NCBI GenBank assembly: GCA_036337435.1
Contig: JAYZEG010000062.1
Location: 32,001-96,000, forward strand
Reading direction: 5' to 3'
Source: Myxococcota bacterium
GTDB lineage: Bacteria; Myxococcota_A; Bradymonadia; UBA7976; UBA1532
DNA: 64,000 bases
Position numbers and translations under genes: made by a program. The first letter of the stretch is position 1, and the number at the start of each line of letters is the position of its first letter. Positions 1-8,895 of the stretch are shown one piece after another. The notes below the pieces were generated by a model. It was not told where the DNA came from, did no database searches, and saw only the letters and a program-made list of their open reading frames with translations.

Positions 1-1
1 A

Positions 2-256
2 ATTGAGCCGTCGACGAAGGCCGATTCGTACACCGTGCAACTGATCCCAAAGAAAAGCGAAGTGAACTACAAATCCGTCTTGCTTACCGTACGGAAAACG
101 GACTTTTCTGTCTTGGAGAGTGTCGTCGTCGACCCCGTCGGTAATGAAAACAGGTTGGTCTTCAAGAAAGTCGTTCAAAACACTGACATCCCCGACAGAG
201 CATTCGAATTTAAAGTGCCGAAAGGGGTGCGTGTAATCGACGGTGAAGCCAACTGA
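2..256 (+). CDS. lolA: Outer-membrane lipoprotein chaperone LolA, C-terminal part (5' end outside window)
   Basis: Frame is open from base 2. The C-terminus 'VVVDPVGNENRLVF...NTDIPDRAFEFKVPKGVRVID' matches the LolA C-terminal pattern (D..GN...F...N..i....F.F..P.G..vid). Confidence 0.8.
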   Translation: MEPSTKADSYTVQLIPKKSEVNYKSVLLTVRKTDFSVLESVVVDPVGNENRLVFKKVVQNTDIPDRAFEFKVPKGVRVIDGEAN

Positions 257-273
257 CCGAGAGCCGGTCGACT

Positions 274-1605
274 TCAGATGGGCTCAGCCACGAGGTCATA
301 ATCGGTTGATTGTGTGACAACTGCGCGTACGATTTGGCCGGGCTTTACTTGGTCGGACGAACCCAGATATGTGATGCCATCGATTTCAGGCGCTTGAAAT
401 TGAGTTCGGCCAATCCAAACAAGCTCAGATTCATCGCTGCGCTTTTCAACCAGGACGTCTACCTTACGACCGACCATACTCTGATTGTGCTCGCGTGCGA
501 TGGAGCGCTGTTCAAACATGAGACGGTCGAGTCGTGTTGCTTTTGTATTTTCGTCGAGTTGTTGGCTCAGTTCATATGAGGGGGTGCCCTCTTCACGGCT
601 GTATGCAAAGGCACCAAGACGCTCAAACTTGGATTCTTTGATAAACTCCAACAGTTCTTCAAAATCCTGGTCGGTCTCACCCGGATAGCCGACAAGCATT
701 GTGGTTCGCATACAGATGTTTGGAATGGCCTCTCTAAGCTCACTGACTCGCTTTCGGATCGCGTCACCCCGAGTACCTCGCTTCATGCCCTTCAAGACCG
801 AATCAGAGATATGCTGCAAGGGCATATCAAGGTACGGGACAATTTTTTCCTCGGTTGCCATTAACTCGACCAAGCCCTTTGGAAATGACCGCGGATACGC
901 GTACATCAAACGGATCCAGCGTATCCCATCGACTTTGACCAGTTCTCGCAGCAGGTGAGTCAGGTTTTGTCGCGGCTTCAGGTCATAACCCCACGCAGTA
1001 AGGTCTTGAGCGATGAGATTGAACTCGACGACGCCTTGTTCGGCTAATTGGGTTGCTTCTCGGACGACTGAGTCAATATGTCTGCTCCTCTGCGGGCCAC
1101 GCAACGTCGGAATGATACAGAATGCGCACGTATTAGAGCAGCCCTCTGCCACTTTAAGATAGGCGGTATGCCCACCCATCGAGTTGTATCGTGGCGCATC
1201 CCAATTGAAATCCCGGCGATCGGGATCGCCTACGGAGACTCGGCCCCCTGTTCGTCCGTCGAGTATTTCCGTGACGAGAGTCAGATCATTCGTTCCCACG
1301 AAGTGATCGACCTCAGGCATCTCTGACGCAAGTTCCTCCGGGTATCGCTGAGCGAGACAGCCAGTCACAACCAATTTTTCGATTTGGCCTTCGTCTTTTC
1401 GTTGCGCCATTTCCAGTATCGTTTCGATACTTTCCACTTTGGCATCTTCAACAAAAGCACAGGTGTTGACCACGACGATATCGGCATCATCGGCACTGGG
1501 CGTGAGTGAGCAGCCTTCATCGGACAGGCCGGCCAGCATAGTTTCTGTGTCGACCCGATTCTTGGGACACCCCAGGGAGACAAAATGCACTCGCTTACCA
1601 GTCAC
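274..1605 (-). CDS. rimO: Ribosomal protein S12 methylthiotransferase RimO (UPF0004 + radical SAM + TRAM)
   Basis: N-terminal SLGCPKNRVD, VNTCAF and VTGCLAQRY motifs; radical SAM CSNTCAFC; APEIDG in the TRAM domain; AGGAG RBS before the GTG start. Confidence 0.95.
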   Translation of the reverse strand: MTGKRVHFVSLGCPKNRVDTETMLAGLSDEGCSLTPSADDADIVVVNTCAFVEDAKVESIETILEMAQRKDEGQIEKLVVTGCLAQRYPEELASEMPEVDHFVGTNDLTLVTEILDGRTGGRVSVGDPDRRDFNWDAPRYNSMGGHTAYLKVAEGCSNTCAFCIIPTLRGPQRSRHIDSVVREATQLAEQGVVEFNLIAQDLTAWGYDLKPRQNLTHLLRELVKVDGIRWIRLMYAYPRSFPKGLVELMATEEKIVPYLDMPLQHISDSVLKGMKRGTRGDAIRKRVSELREAIPNICMRTTMLVGYPGETDQDFEELLEFIKESKFERLGAFAYSREEGTPSYELSQQLDENTKATRLDRLMFEQRSIAREHNQSMVGRKVDVLVEKRSDESELVWIGRTQFQAPEIDGITYLGSSDQVKPGQIVRAVVTQSTDYDLVAEPI

Positions 1606-1715
1606 GGTATCACTCCTAGATGCTTTTTTGGTTCTTCAGCACGGATCCAGCAGTACCCGATACAGGGAACGCCGCATATTGTTGGGAAGGTCTGAGCTTA
1701 CTAATTTGGCTAGGG

Positions 1716-1895
1716 TTAGCGAGTTGGTTGCTCGTGACCACACTTATCGCAAAGCCAAAAAATACCACTTGGCTGCGTTTGTCTCACGAATTTTACAGCG
1801 GTCATCGCCACGTTGTTACAACCAGCCTGAGGGCATATCTTCGTTTTACCAGCATCCCGGCCACGGCCGGCAATCTTCGCGGGTCTAGTCCCCAT
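1716..1895 (-). CDS. Small basic zinc-ribbon protein, 59 aa (absent from the ORF track because <60 aa): MGTRPAKIAGRGRDAGKTKICPQAGCNNVAMTAVKFVRQTQPSGIFWLCDKCGHEQPTR
   Basis: Translated by hand. AGGAGA RBS 5 nt before the ATG, C-x4-C...C-x2-C motif, its own sigma70-like promoter, and the same strand as both neighbours. Confidence 0.8.
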   Translation of the reverse strand: MGTRPAKIAGRGRDAGKTKICPQAGCNNVAMTAVKFVRQTQPSGIFWLCDKCGHEQPTR

Positions 1896-1957
1896 TGTCG
1901 TCTCCTGTTGTCAGTCTCCATCGGACGGTACGTCACGCATGCCGCCACGGGCGTGGC

Positions 1958-1986
1958 ACCCTATCCGACCAAAGTCTAATTGTCAA
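1958..1986 (-). promoter_or_regulatory. Sigma70-type promoter for the small Zn-ribbon gene (and possibly rimO)
   Basis: Minus strand reads TTGACA (1986-1981), 17 nt, TAGGGT (1963-1958). Confidence 0.65.
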
Positions 1987-2005
1987 CTCTCGTGAGCCAA
2001 GCTCA

Positions 2006-3841
2006 CTAACCTTCATAGTCTTCTAATTCGCCGATCATTGATGGATCATCGAATAGTGCATCCAGCATCGGTTCACATGGGGTGCCCATGAGCATCTCCC
2101 TCAATCGCCATTTAACCGCGTTTTCGATGCTCTCAGCGGTATTTAATTCTAAGATCTCATTGACCAAACTTTCGCATTCGGCCACCGACATGTTGCGGAC
2201 CATCGCCTTGATCAATGGAATACTTGTCGCGTTCATAGACAGATTTTTGAGTCCCAATCCAATGACTATGGGCAAACAAAGTGGGTCGCCAGCCATCTCT
2301 CCACACATAGACACGTCAATACAGGCACCGCGAGCTGCGCCAACGATGATGCTGATCAAACTCAGCATAGCCGGGTGCATGGGGGCGTAGAGCCTAGCAA
2401 CATGCGGATTCCCGCGGTCAACGGCCAAGGTATACTGAACAAGGTCATTGGTGCCAATCGAGAAAAAGTCAACCTCACGCGCGAGATGCTGTGCAATCAA
2501 GGCTGCTGATGGAACCTCGATCATGATTCCAAAAGGAATGTCGTTGGCAATCGGTACACCCTCGGCTTCGAGTTCTCGACGACATTGCCGAAAAATCGAT
2601 TTGATTGCGCGGACCTCGTCTAGCCGGGATATGAGTGGCACCATGACCCTCAATTCTCCATGGATACTCGCCCTGAGCAGTGCGCGGGCTTGGACTCTGA
2701 AGATATCGGGATGCATCAGGCAGAAACGAACTGCCCTCAGCCCCATTACCGGGTTGTCTTCTGATTCAACGCGGATGAAGTCGGCCAGTTTATCGCCACC
2801 AAGATCGAGCGTTCGTATCGTTGCATGACCGGGCAAAGCCTTTTCCACAACCTCCCGATAACATGCATACTGTTCATCCTCGCTCGGCAGACTGGATCGG
2901 TTCATGTACAAGAACTCGGTTCGGTAAAGCCCAACGCCTTCCGCTCCATGTTCAATGACGATGTTTGTCTCGGTTGGCAGTTCTATATTTCCATTGATTA
3001 GAATCCGATGGCCATCTTTGGTCTGCGCGAAGCCCTGTTTAACCGCGTTTAACTTTGCTTTTTCAACCTCATAAGTCGCTTGACGGTCTCGATAGCGTTT
3101 CAGTTCTTTCGGGGCCGGATTGATATGGACACGCCCATTGGAGCCATCGACGACCAACAGGTCGCCCGTGCCGACATGTTCTGTCAGCTCGTCGATTGCG
3201 ATGACTGCAGGGAGTTCTAGAGAACGGGCCATAATTGCCGTATGACTTGTACGTCCACCGACTTCGGTCACAAAACCAAGCACTGATGAATTAAGCATTT
3301 GAGCGGTATCTGCGGGTGACAAGTCGTGCGCGACAACAATGCTATCGGGTTTGATATTGGCCAAGGTTGGCTCATCTTTACCCAGAAGGTTTCGTAGAAG
3401 CCGGTCTGCAACAAATCCGATGTCAGCGCGCCTCTCTTTAAAATATTCGTCGTCAATATTATCGAACACCTTTTTGATGCCTCGAACAACTTTCTGCAAC
3501 GCCCATTCTGCGTTTAAAGATTGTTCTCGAATCAGCTGCTCAGTGCCCGTGACGAGCATATCATCTCGTAGCATCATTGTATGGGCTTCCAAGATGAGGT
3601 CGTGTTCTTGGCCCTGACTTTTGAATCGAGCTTTGAGAAATTTGAGCTGCTTCTCTGACAACGCGATCGCATCCTGGAATCGGTCAATTTCTGAATCGAT
3701 CTCAGCTTGTTCGACATGGCGGTGGGGCACTTTTATCTTCTTACGATCCACAAAGTGCGCACGTCCTATCGCATAGCCTGGAGAAACTCCAAGGCCGACC
3801 AATCGTGTTGGTCGCGGCTTAATGAGGTGACCATCTGTCAC
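2006..3841 (-). CDS. ptsI: PTS enzyme I (phosphoenolpyruvate-protein phosphotransferase)
   Basis: GGRTSHTAIMARS phospho-His motif, GVGLYRTEFL, TIRTLDLGGDK, FFSIGTNDLVQY, CGEMAGDP. No N-terminal GAF domain. Confidence 0.95.
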   Translation of the reverse strand: MTDGHLIKPRPTRLVGLGVSPGYAIGRAHFVDRKKIKVPHRHVEQAEIDSEIDRFQDAIALSEKQLKFLKARFKSQGQEHDLILEAHTMMLRDDMLVTGTEQLIREQSLNAEWALQKVVRGIKKVFDNIDDEYFKERRADIGFVADRLLRNLLGKDEPTLANIKPDSIVVAHDLSPADTAQMLNSSVLGFVTEVGGRTSHTAIMARSLELPAVIAIDELTEHVGTGDLLVVDGSNGRVHINPAPKELKRYRDRQATYEVEKAKLNAVKQGFAQTKDGHRILINGNIELPTETNIVIEHGAEGVGLYRTEFLYMNRSSLPSEDEQYACYREVVEKALPGHATIRTLDLGGDKLADFIRVESEDNPVMGLRAVRFCLMHPDIFRVQARALLRASIHGELRVMVPLISRLDEVRAIKSIFRQCRRELEAEGVPIANDIPFGIMIEVPSAALIAQHLAREVDFFSIGTNDLVQYTLAVDRGNPHVARLYAPMHPAMLSLISIIVGAARGACIDVSMCGEMAGDPLCLPIVIGLGLKNLSMNATSIPLIKAMVRNMSVAECESLVNEILELNTAESIENAVKWRLREMLMGTPCEPMLDALFDDPSMIGELEDYEG

Positions 3842-4113
3842 TCTTCTTCCCCAAAACGGCTGTCAATGCACTGCTCGATCGCGTCGGCAGCAGCGGTTGC
3901 ATCTTCTCCGCTGCATTTAACTCTCACCATTGAGCCCAGGCCCGCAGCGAGTGTCATCAGGCCCAGAATAGACTTCGCATCGACTGTAAAGTTACCCTTC
4001 TCCATCTTGATATCGCAGGCGAATTGACTCGTCACTCGGACCAGCGCCGCGGCCGCACGTGCATGAAGCCCCAACTTATTTACAATTCGTATCTCTCTGA
4101 TGACTTCTGTCAT
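3838..4113 (-). CDS. ptsH: Phosphocarrier protein HPr
   Basis: NKLGLHARAAA (His15 site) and DAKSILGLM (Ser46 site); 91 aa. Confidence 0.93.
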   Translation of the reverse strand: MTEVIREIRIVNKLGLHARAAAALVRVTSQFACDIKMEKGNFTVDAKSILGLMTLAAGLGSMVRVKCSGEDATAAADAIEQCIDSRFGEEE

Positions 4114-4126
4114 AGGTATACCACCT

Positions 4127-4924
4127 TCACATTATGGGGAATGCTGAATTGAGAAACATGACCAACGATGCTGTGCCAAAAGCAGCCAAGTAAAGGAGCG
4201 AAACCATGGATATGCTTCGTTTTAGACCCAGCAAAAAGATCAGCATCATTGAAAAGAGCAGGAATGGCTCAACGCCATCGGCCAGCCTGAATGGCGAATT
4301 CATTGCGCGATCTGCAAAGATCGCAGCGATCGCACCTAAAAATAGAGCCGCCAAGTAGTGCGTTCGATCTGCAAATTTGACCAGTGCAAGTTTATGAATT
4401 CGTTCGCAAATTTGTTCACCATCTCGATACCCATAAAAAAGGCCAAAGGTGCGCAATCCAAGGTGACAAAGGTTAAACAAAATCAAAAAACCAATGGGAG
4501 CCCAGAGGATGCCGCTGAGTACCCCCATAACGGCCCATGCCGCGGCGAAGGGCCGCAAACTTGCCCAAAAAAAACTATCCCCGATCGCAGCCATTGGACC
4601 CATCATATAGCGTTTAAAATTGGAGACATCGTCGGGTTGGCGAGTGCCATTGGCGATCTCTTCTTCAATGCGGATAGACGCGCCGATCAATGCGCCGGAC
4701 ATGTACGGATGTGTATTGAAAAATTGAAGGTGACGCTGCAAAGCTTGGTTGAGGTCCTCGCCAGAGTATAGTTTTCTCAGTGCAGGGGAGATGCAGAAAC
4801 AGAGTCCAACATTTTGCATCCGTTCGAAATTGGACGCTGCTTGGATGAAAAAACTTCGCCAAAGGACCCGTAAGAGAACCCATTTGCTGATGGCCCCCCG
4901 TGCGTTTTTGGAACTCGCTATCAT
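4127..4924 (-). CDS. PTS mannose/fructose/sorbose-family EIID subunit
   Basis: QAASNFERMQNVG, RHLQFFNTHP, MGPMAAIGDSFFW. Start placed at ATG 4924 (ATGA overlap with the EIIC stop) rather than 5077. Confidence 0.9.
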   Translation of the reverse strand: MIASSKNARGAISKWVLLRVLWRSFFIQAASNFERMQNVGLCFCISPALRKLYSGEDLNQALQRHLQFFNTHPYMSGALIGASIRIEEEIANGTRQPDDVSNFKRYMMGPMAAIGDSFFWASLRPFAAAWAVMGVLSGILWAPIGFLILFNLCHLGLRTFGLFYGYRDGEQICERIHKLALVKFADRTHYLAALFLGAIAAIFADRAMNSPFRLADGVEPFLLFSMMLIFLLGLKRSISMVSLLYLAAFGTASLVMFLNSAFPIM

Positions 4925-5631
4925 GCCGAGTACCCTTGGGTCAAAATGGTGGCTACGACCGCAAAGGTTACAGATGCGAGTACGATACCGCGCCGATGAC
5001 GAAGCATTGAAAGTGCCACAGCAACGCCGAGAGATGGGATTAAATAGAGGCCAATCACACCAAGCACGTCCGTCCAATTGGACGTCAGCACACTCTGTAA
5101 TCGTGTTAAAAGGTAGAGCATAGATGCAGTAAAGACTGCTGTGGCCGTCGAATTGGCAAAAAATGTTCGAATCAGAGCGAGAAAGATAAGGAAAGCGATT
5201 TGCCTAGTCTCTCCGCTTCGGACAGCATCATCCGCCTTTGTTGCGAGTCCCAGATTCAGATGGTCGAGTTTGATATCCAGCCACTGGCCGGCAATACAGA
5301 TGGGTGCCCCAAGTAAGATGGCTAAACACCAAACTGCTGGATCAATTTCGCCGACGTGACGTCCGTATAGAAAGACCGCGCCGGCGATGTTAACCGACGC
5401 AAGCGTATCGTTCCTGGGTACGTTTGACCCAAAGAGGACGCAAGACATCCACAAAAGCTGGAGGTATGCACCCAACATCACGCCCAGAGAAGATTCGTTA
5501 AACATCCAGCCGAGCAAAGAGACCGCGACGAGTGGCTGTGATGCCATAAATTGAAATGCAGCCCTTCGGTCCAGGCTCAAGAGTCCGCTAACGCCAGCGA
5601 CAAGGGCCAGGTCGAGCGAAAAGTCGATCAC
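4921..5631 (-). CDS. PTS mannose/fructose/sorbose-family EIIC subunit
   Basis: Polytopic hydrophobic protein with LDRRAAFQFMASQPLV and GAYLQLLW...GSNVP motifs; lies between EIIB and EIID. Confidence 0.85.
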   Translation of the reverse strand: MIDFSLDLALVAGVSGLLSLDRRAAFQFMASQPLVAVSLLGWMFNESSLGVMLGAYLQLLWMSCVLFGSNVPRNDTLASVNIAGAVFLYGRHVGEIDPAVWCLAILLGAPICIAGQWLDIKLDHLNLGLATKADDAVRSGETRQIAFLIFLALIRTFFANSTATAVFTASMLYLLTRLQSVLTSNWTDVLGVIGLYLIPSLGVAVALSMLRHRRGIVLASVTFAVVATILTQGYSA

Positions 5632-6114
5632 CTATTGGGCCTCAAGAACGCGTCTGAGGTCCGTCGGTGTTTCACTTGGAAGTGTTTGGATATTAATCCG
5701 TAATCCACGACTCAGGAGCGATTTCAACTCGGTCTGCTCATTCTCGTCTAAATAGACCGCATTGGTAATTTGAGCCTTACCTGCTGCATGGTGAATATTG
5801 CCAATATTGAGTTGCGGAAATGGATGGCCTGCTTCGAACAAGGCCTGTGCATCTGATACGGATTCCAGCAATACCAAGATTGATTCTGTTGAATTTCGGT
5901 TGTCATTGAGAAAGCGCGCAGCGTCTTTAATGGACAGTGCAGTAAACCCATGTTCAGCTGGGATAGCCATTCTGAACATGGTCATTTGCAAGGCGTTTTT
6001 TGGAACCGCGTCATTGGCAATCACAAAATGACGAACTCTCAAATGCGGCATCCAAGTCGAGATAATTTGACCGTGGACTAATCGATTATCTATCCGGTAA
6101 AAAATGCTCATCAA
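5632..6114 (-). CDS. PTS mannose/fructose/sorbose-family EIIB subunit
   Basis: RIDNRLVHGQ phospho-His motif; LNIGNIH. Confidence 0.92.
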   Translation of the reverse strand: MMSIFYRIDNRLVHGQIISTWMPHLRVRHFVIANDAVPKNALQMTMFRMAIPAEHGFTALSIKDAARFLNDNRNSTESILVLLESVSDAQALFEAGHPFPQLNIGNIHHAAGKAQITNAVYLDENEQTELKSLLSRGLRINIQTLPSETPTDLRRVLEAQ

Positions 6115-6515
6115 GTATTTCCGGATGCTCGCATCATCGCGCCTGCAACCAGGATGTTATCGCGCCCATGAGATTGAATTAATTTCGCCACATCGCTCAG
6201 CGGTTTGTCTCGACAGGTAAAGAGTTTGAGCAGCATTGGTAAGTTGACACCGGTCACAACCTCAATGTCTTGGCTGAGCAGTGACAAGCTGACGTTAGAT
6301 GGGGTGCCGCCAAACATGTCACATAGGACGATTGTGCCGGAACCGCGTTCCACGACCTTTATTGCCTCGGTGAGTTCATCGACAATTTTTTCGCCGCTGT
6401 CGCCGGTTTGAACAGTCACCGATGCGCTGTTCTCAAAAGTGCCGACAATCATTGTTGCCGCATCCAACAGAGCCGGTGCTAAATTCGAATGCGTACAAAT
6501 CACAACCCCAATCAT
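6111..6515 (-). CDS. PTS mannose-family EIIA subunit
   Basis: IGVVICTH, DMFGGTPSN, VTGVNLPML motifs. Confidence 0.92.
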   Translation of the reverse strand: MIGVVICTHSNLAPALLDAATMIVGTFENSASVTVQTGDSGEKIVDELTEAIKVVERGSGTIVLCDMFGGTPSNVSLSLLSQDIEVVTGVNLPMLLKLFTCRDKPLSDVAKLIQSHGRDNILVAGAMMRASGNT

Positions 6516-7399
6516 GATGACTCCTTTGACACGTCGCGATGCCGAATCTTCGGATCACGTCCACCAAATCGCAAATGTGCAGCAATCCGCTCGGTCAAAG
6601 CGACCGAGCGGTGCTTGCCACCCGTACATCCAATCGCGATGGTCAGATGGCTCTTTCCCTCGTTTTCGTAAGCAGGAAGCGTCATGTCAACTAATCCCAG
6701 AAAATGCTCTAAGAACTGTTCGGTCTCTGGTCGCTCATAAACATAATCCTGAACGGGCTTATCGAGCCCGGTCTGCGGTCGTAAGGTCTCTACAAAGTGG
6801 GGATTTGGCAAAAAGCGAACATCCCAAACAACATCGGCCTCGCTAGGAACGCCGTATCGAAACCCGAAGCTCATCAATGAAACAAAGAGATCTCTGGGCT
6901 GACCGCCTGTCGCAAATGACTGAATCAGTCTTTTGCATTCGTGTACGTTCAAATCCGACGAATCAAGAATCCTCGATGCCCGCTCCCTGATGGGGTGCAT
7001 AATGAGCCGCTCCGTTTGAATTGCTTCCGCAATTGGGAGTCCATAACGACCCAATGGATGAGGCCTTCTGGATACGCTGAAGCGCCGGAGTAGGACGTCA
7101 TCACTCGCCTCCAAATAAACGATCTCAATATTTACATCTTCTTTTCGAAGGTCGTTTAGTATTTGGAGAGACCCTTCGACATCTTCGACGTTTCGGGCAT
7201 CTAAGCCGATTGCAAGCCGGTCGAATTTGTCACTTCCACGCGCCAGGTCTATCAACTTCGGGAGGAGTGGCGGTGGTAGGTTATCGACACAGAAAAAGCC
7301 GAGGTCTTCGAGAGCGTGACTCGCAGTTGAAATACCCGACCCACTTAATCCTGTGATCACCATCAGCCGTAGATGGGCGGTTTTTGTTTCGTCACTCAT
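6512..7399 (-). CDS. rapZ: RNase adapter RapZ (YvcJ family P-loop protein)
   Basis: ITGLSGSG, CVDNLP, SFGFRYGVP, DVRFLPNPH, GCTGGKHRSV. Confidence 0.95.
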   Translation of the reverse strand: MSDETKTAHLRLMVITGLSGSGISTASHALEDLGFFCVDNLPPPLLPKLIDLARGSDKFDRLAIGLDARNVEDVEGSLQILNDLRKEDVNIEIVYLEASDDVLLRRFSVSRRPHPLGRYGLPIAEAIQTERLIMHPIRERASRILDSSDLNVHECKRLIQSFATGGQPRDLFVSLMSFGFRYGVPSEADVVWDVRFLPNPHFVETLRPQTGLDKPVQDYVYERPETEQFLEHFLGLVDMTLPAYENEGKSHLTIAIGCTGGKHRSVALTERIAAHLRFGGRDPKIRHRDVSKESS

Positions 7400-8384
7400 C
7401 GGGTTCCTCTGATGCCATAGACGGGGGATCGGTCCAATTTTCTTCAGCTTGCTCGATGTGCTCGCTCAGCTGGAGGGCGAATGCTTTCGCTGAATGGGTG
7501 CCCTGTTCCTGCAAAAGTCGGTTTCTGGCGGCAACCTCAATAATCAAACTGAGTGACCGTCCAGGCCTCACCGGAAGGCTGATGAACGGCACACCAACCT
7601 CCGAAAACTCAACCCGTTTCTGCTCTAATCCTAATCGATCGACTTCATTCAAATCGTCCCATTCAACGAGTTCGACGGCCAACTCAATACGTTTTCTAGC
7701 TCTCACCGCAGCCACGCCATATAGATCCTTGATATTGATGATACCAAGTCCTCTAATCTCCATGTGATGACGTGTGAGTTTGGGACTATGGCCCACAACA
7801 GTATTGCTGCCTGTTTTTTCGCAAATGACCACATCATCTGCAACCAGGCGATGGCCACGAGAAATTAACTCGAGAGCAATCTCGCTTTTTCCGATCCCGC
7901 TTTTTCCCAGTAAGAGAACACCGACGCCATGCACGTCAACCAAGGCAGCATGGCGAACTTCTCGCGGAGCATACCAAGATGACAAGACTTGATTGAGCTC
8001 ATCGGTCGCAACCGTAGACTCTTGGTCGGTTGCCAGCAAAGCGACACCAAATTCATCACAAACATTGATCATCTCTGGCGGGATGTCCTCACCAGCTGTA
8101 ATGACAATCGCTGGAATTTCTGTCTCACATAAAGTCCGAAATAACTTTGTCCGCTGCTCAGAGTCTTGCTTGGCCAGATAGCTCATTTCGGTGCGACCGA
8201 GCAGTTGAATTCGCGTCCTGACCAAGTTATCGATATGACCGATAAGGGAAATACCGACGCGTTGAACTTTCGGTGTCCCGATGGTTCTTGAAAATCCTCT
8301 CGGACCGCCCGCCATGACCCGAAAGTTTGGCAGCGTAGCTAGTTCACTGATGCTGATCTCGGTCGTTGCTCGTAATTGATTCAT
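7392..8384 (-). CDS. hprK: HPr(Ser) kinase/phosphorylase
   Basis: GKSGIGKSE Walker A, GHRLVADD, MEIRGLGII, PVRPGR. Confidence 0.95.
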   Translation of the reverse strand: MNQLRATTEISISELATLPNFRVMAGGPRGFSRTIGTPKVQRVGISLIGHIDNLVRTRIQLLGRTEMSYLAKQDSEQRTKLFRTLCETEIPAIVITAGEDIPPEMINVCDEFGVALLATDQESTVATDELNQVLSSWYAPREVRHAALVDVHGVGVLLLGKSGIGKSEIALELISRGHRLVADDVVICEKTGSNTVVGHSPKLTRHHMEIRGLGIINIKDLYGVAAVRARKRIELAVELVEWDDLNEVDRLGLEQKRVEFSEVGVPFISLPVRPGRSLSLIIEVAARNRLLQEQGTHSAKAFALQLSEHIEQAEENWTDPPSMASEEPDE

Positions 8385-8393
8385 CGAGAACTT

Positions 8394-8855
8394 TCAAAGT
8401 TTGGCATCTTCGGCCACAACGATCTGGTAAATGGCGTCGGCGTCAGGGGCGGCTAGAAGTTGCTCTCTAAAACCCGGACTTTTGAGCAGTCTCGATAGAC
8501 GCGCCAGAGCTTTCAGGTGGAGGCCTTCCGCTGCTTCTGGGATGAAAAGCGTAAAGAAAAGATGTGTTGGTTGACCGTCTAAACTATGAAAGTCGACACC
8601 CGCCTTGCTTCGCCCAATACAACCAATAATTTTGTCTACAATCTGTGTCCGGCCATGGGGCATGGCCACCCCATTACCGATTCCGGTACTCTGTAGTTTT
8701 TCACGCCGAGTCAGGGTTTCAACGAGCAGGTTTGGGTCTAGATCAGGGTTAATTTTCAGTGCCAGACCCACCAGCTCTCGAATTACGCCCGGCTTACTGG
8801 AGGCACTTAGGTCATCTTCGATGGCGCGGATGTCAAGAAAGTCGGTGATCTGCAT
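8394..8855 (-). CDS. ptsN: PTS EIIA(Ntr)-type nitrogen regulatory protein
   Basis: RE...STGIGNGVAMPH, DFHSLDGQP, HLKALARLSRLL; directly after rpoN. Confidence 0.9.
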   Translation of the reverse strand: MQITDFLDIRAIEDDLSASSKPGVIRELVGLALKINPDLDPNLLVETLTRREKLQSTGIGNGVAMPHGRTQIVDKIIGCIGRSKAGVDFHSLDGQPTHLFFTLFIPEAAEGLHLKALARLSRLLKSPGFREQLLAAPDADAIYQIVVAEDAKL

Positions 8856-8895
8856 GTTGCGATTGGTCCTTCACCATTCATCTGAATGCGGTTGG

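Noticed and set aside
1620..1979. 119-aa plus-strand ORF with a hydrophobic stretch
   Set aside because: It is the antisense shadow of the 59-aa minus-strand gene, which has the RBS, the promoter and a coherent Zn-ribbon motif.
4925..5077. N-terminal extension of the EIID ORF
   Set aside because: It overlaps EIIC by about 150 nt; the ATG at 4924 gives a normal ATGA coupling.
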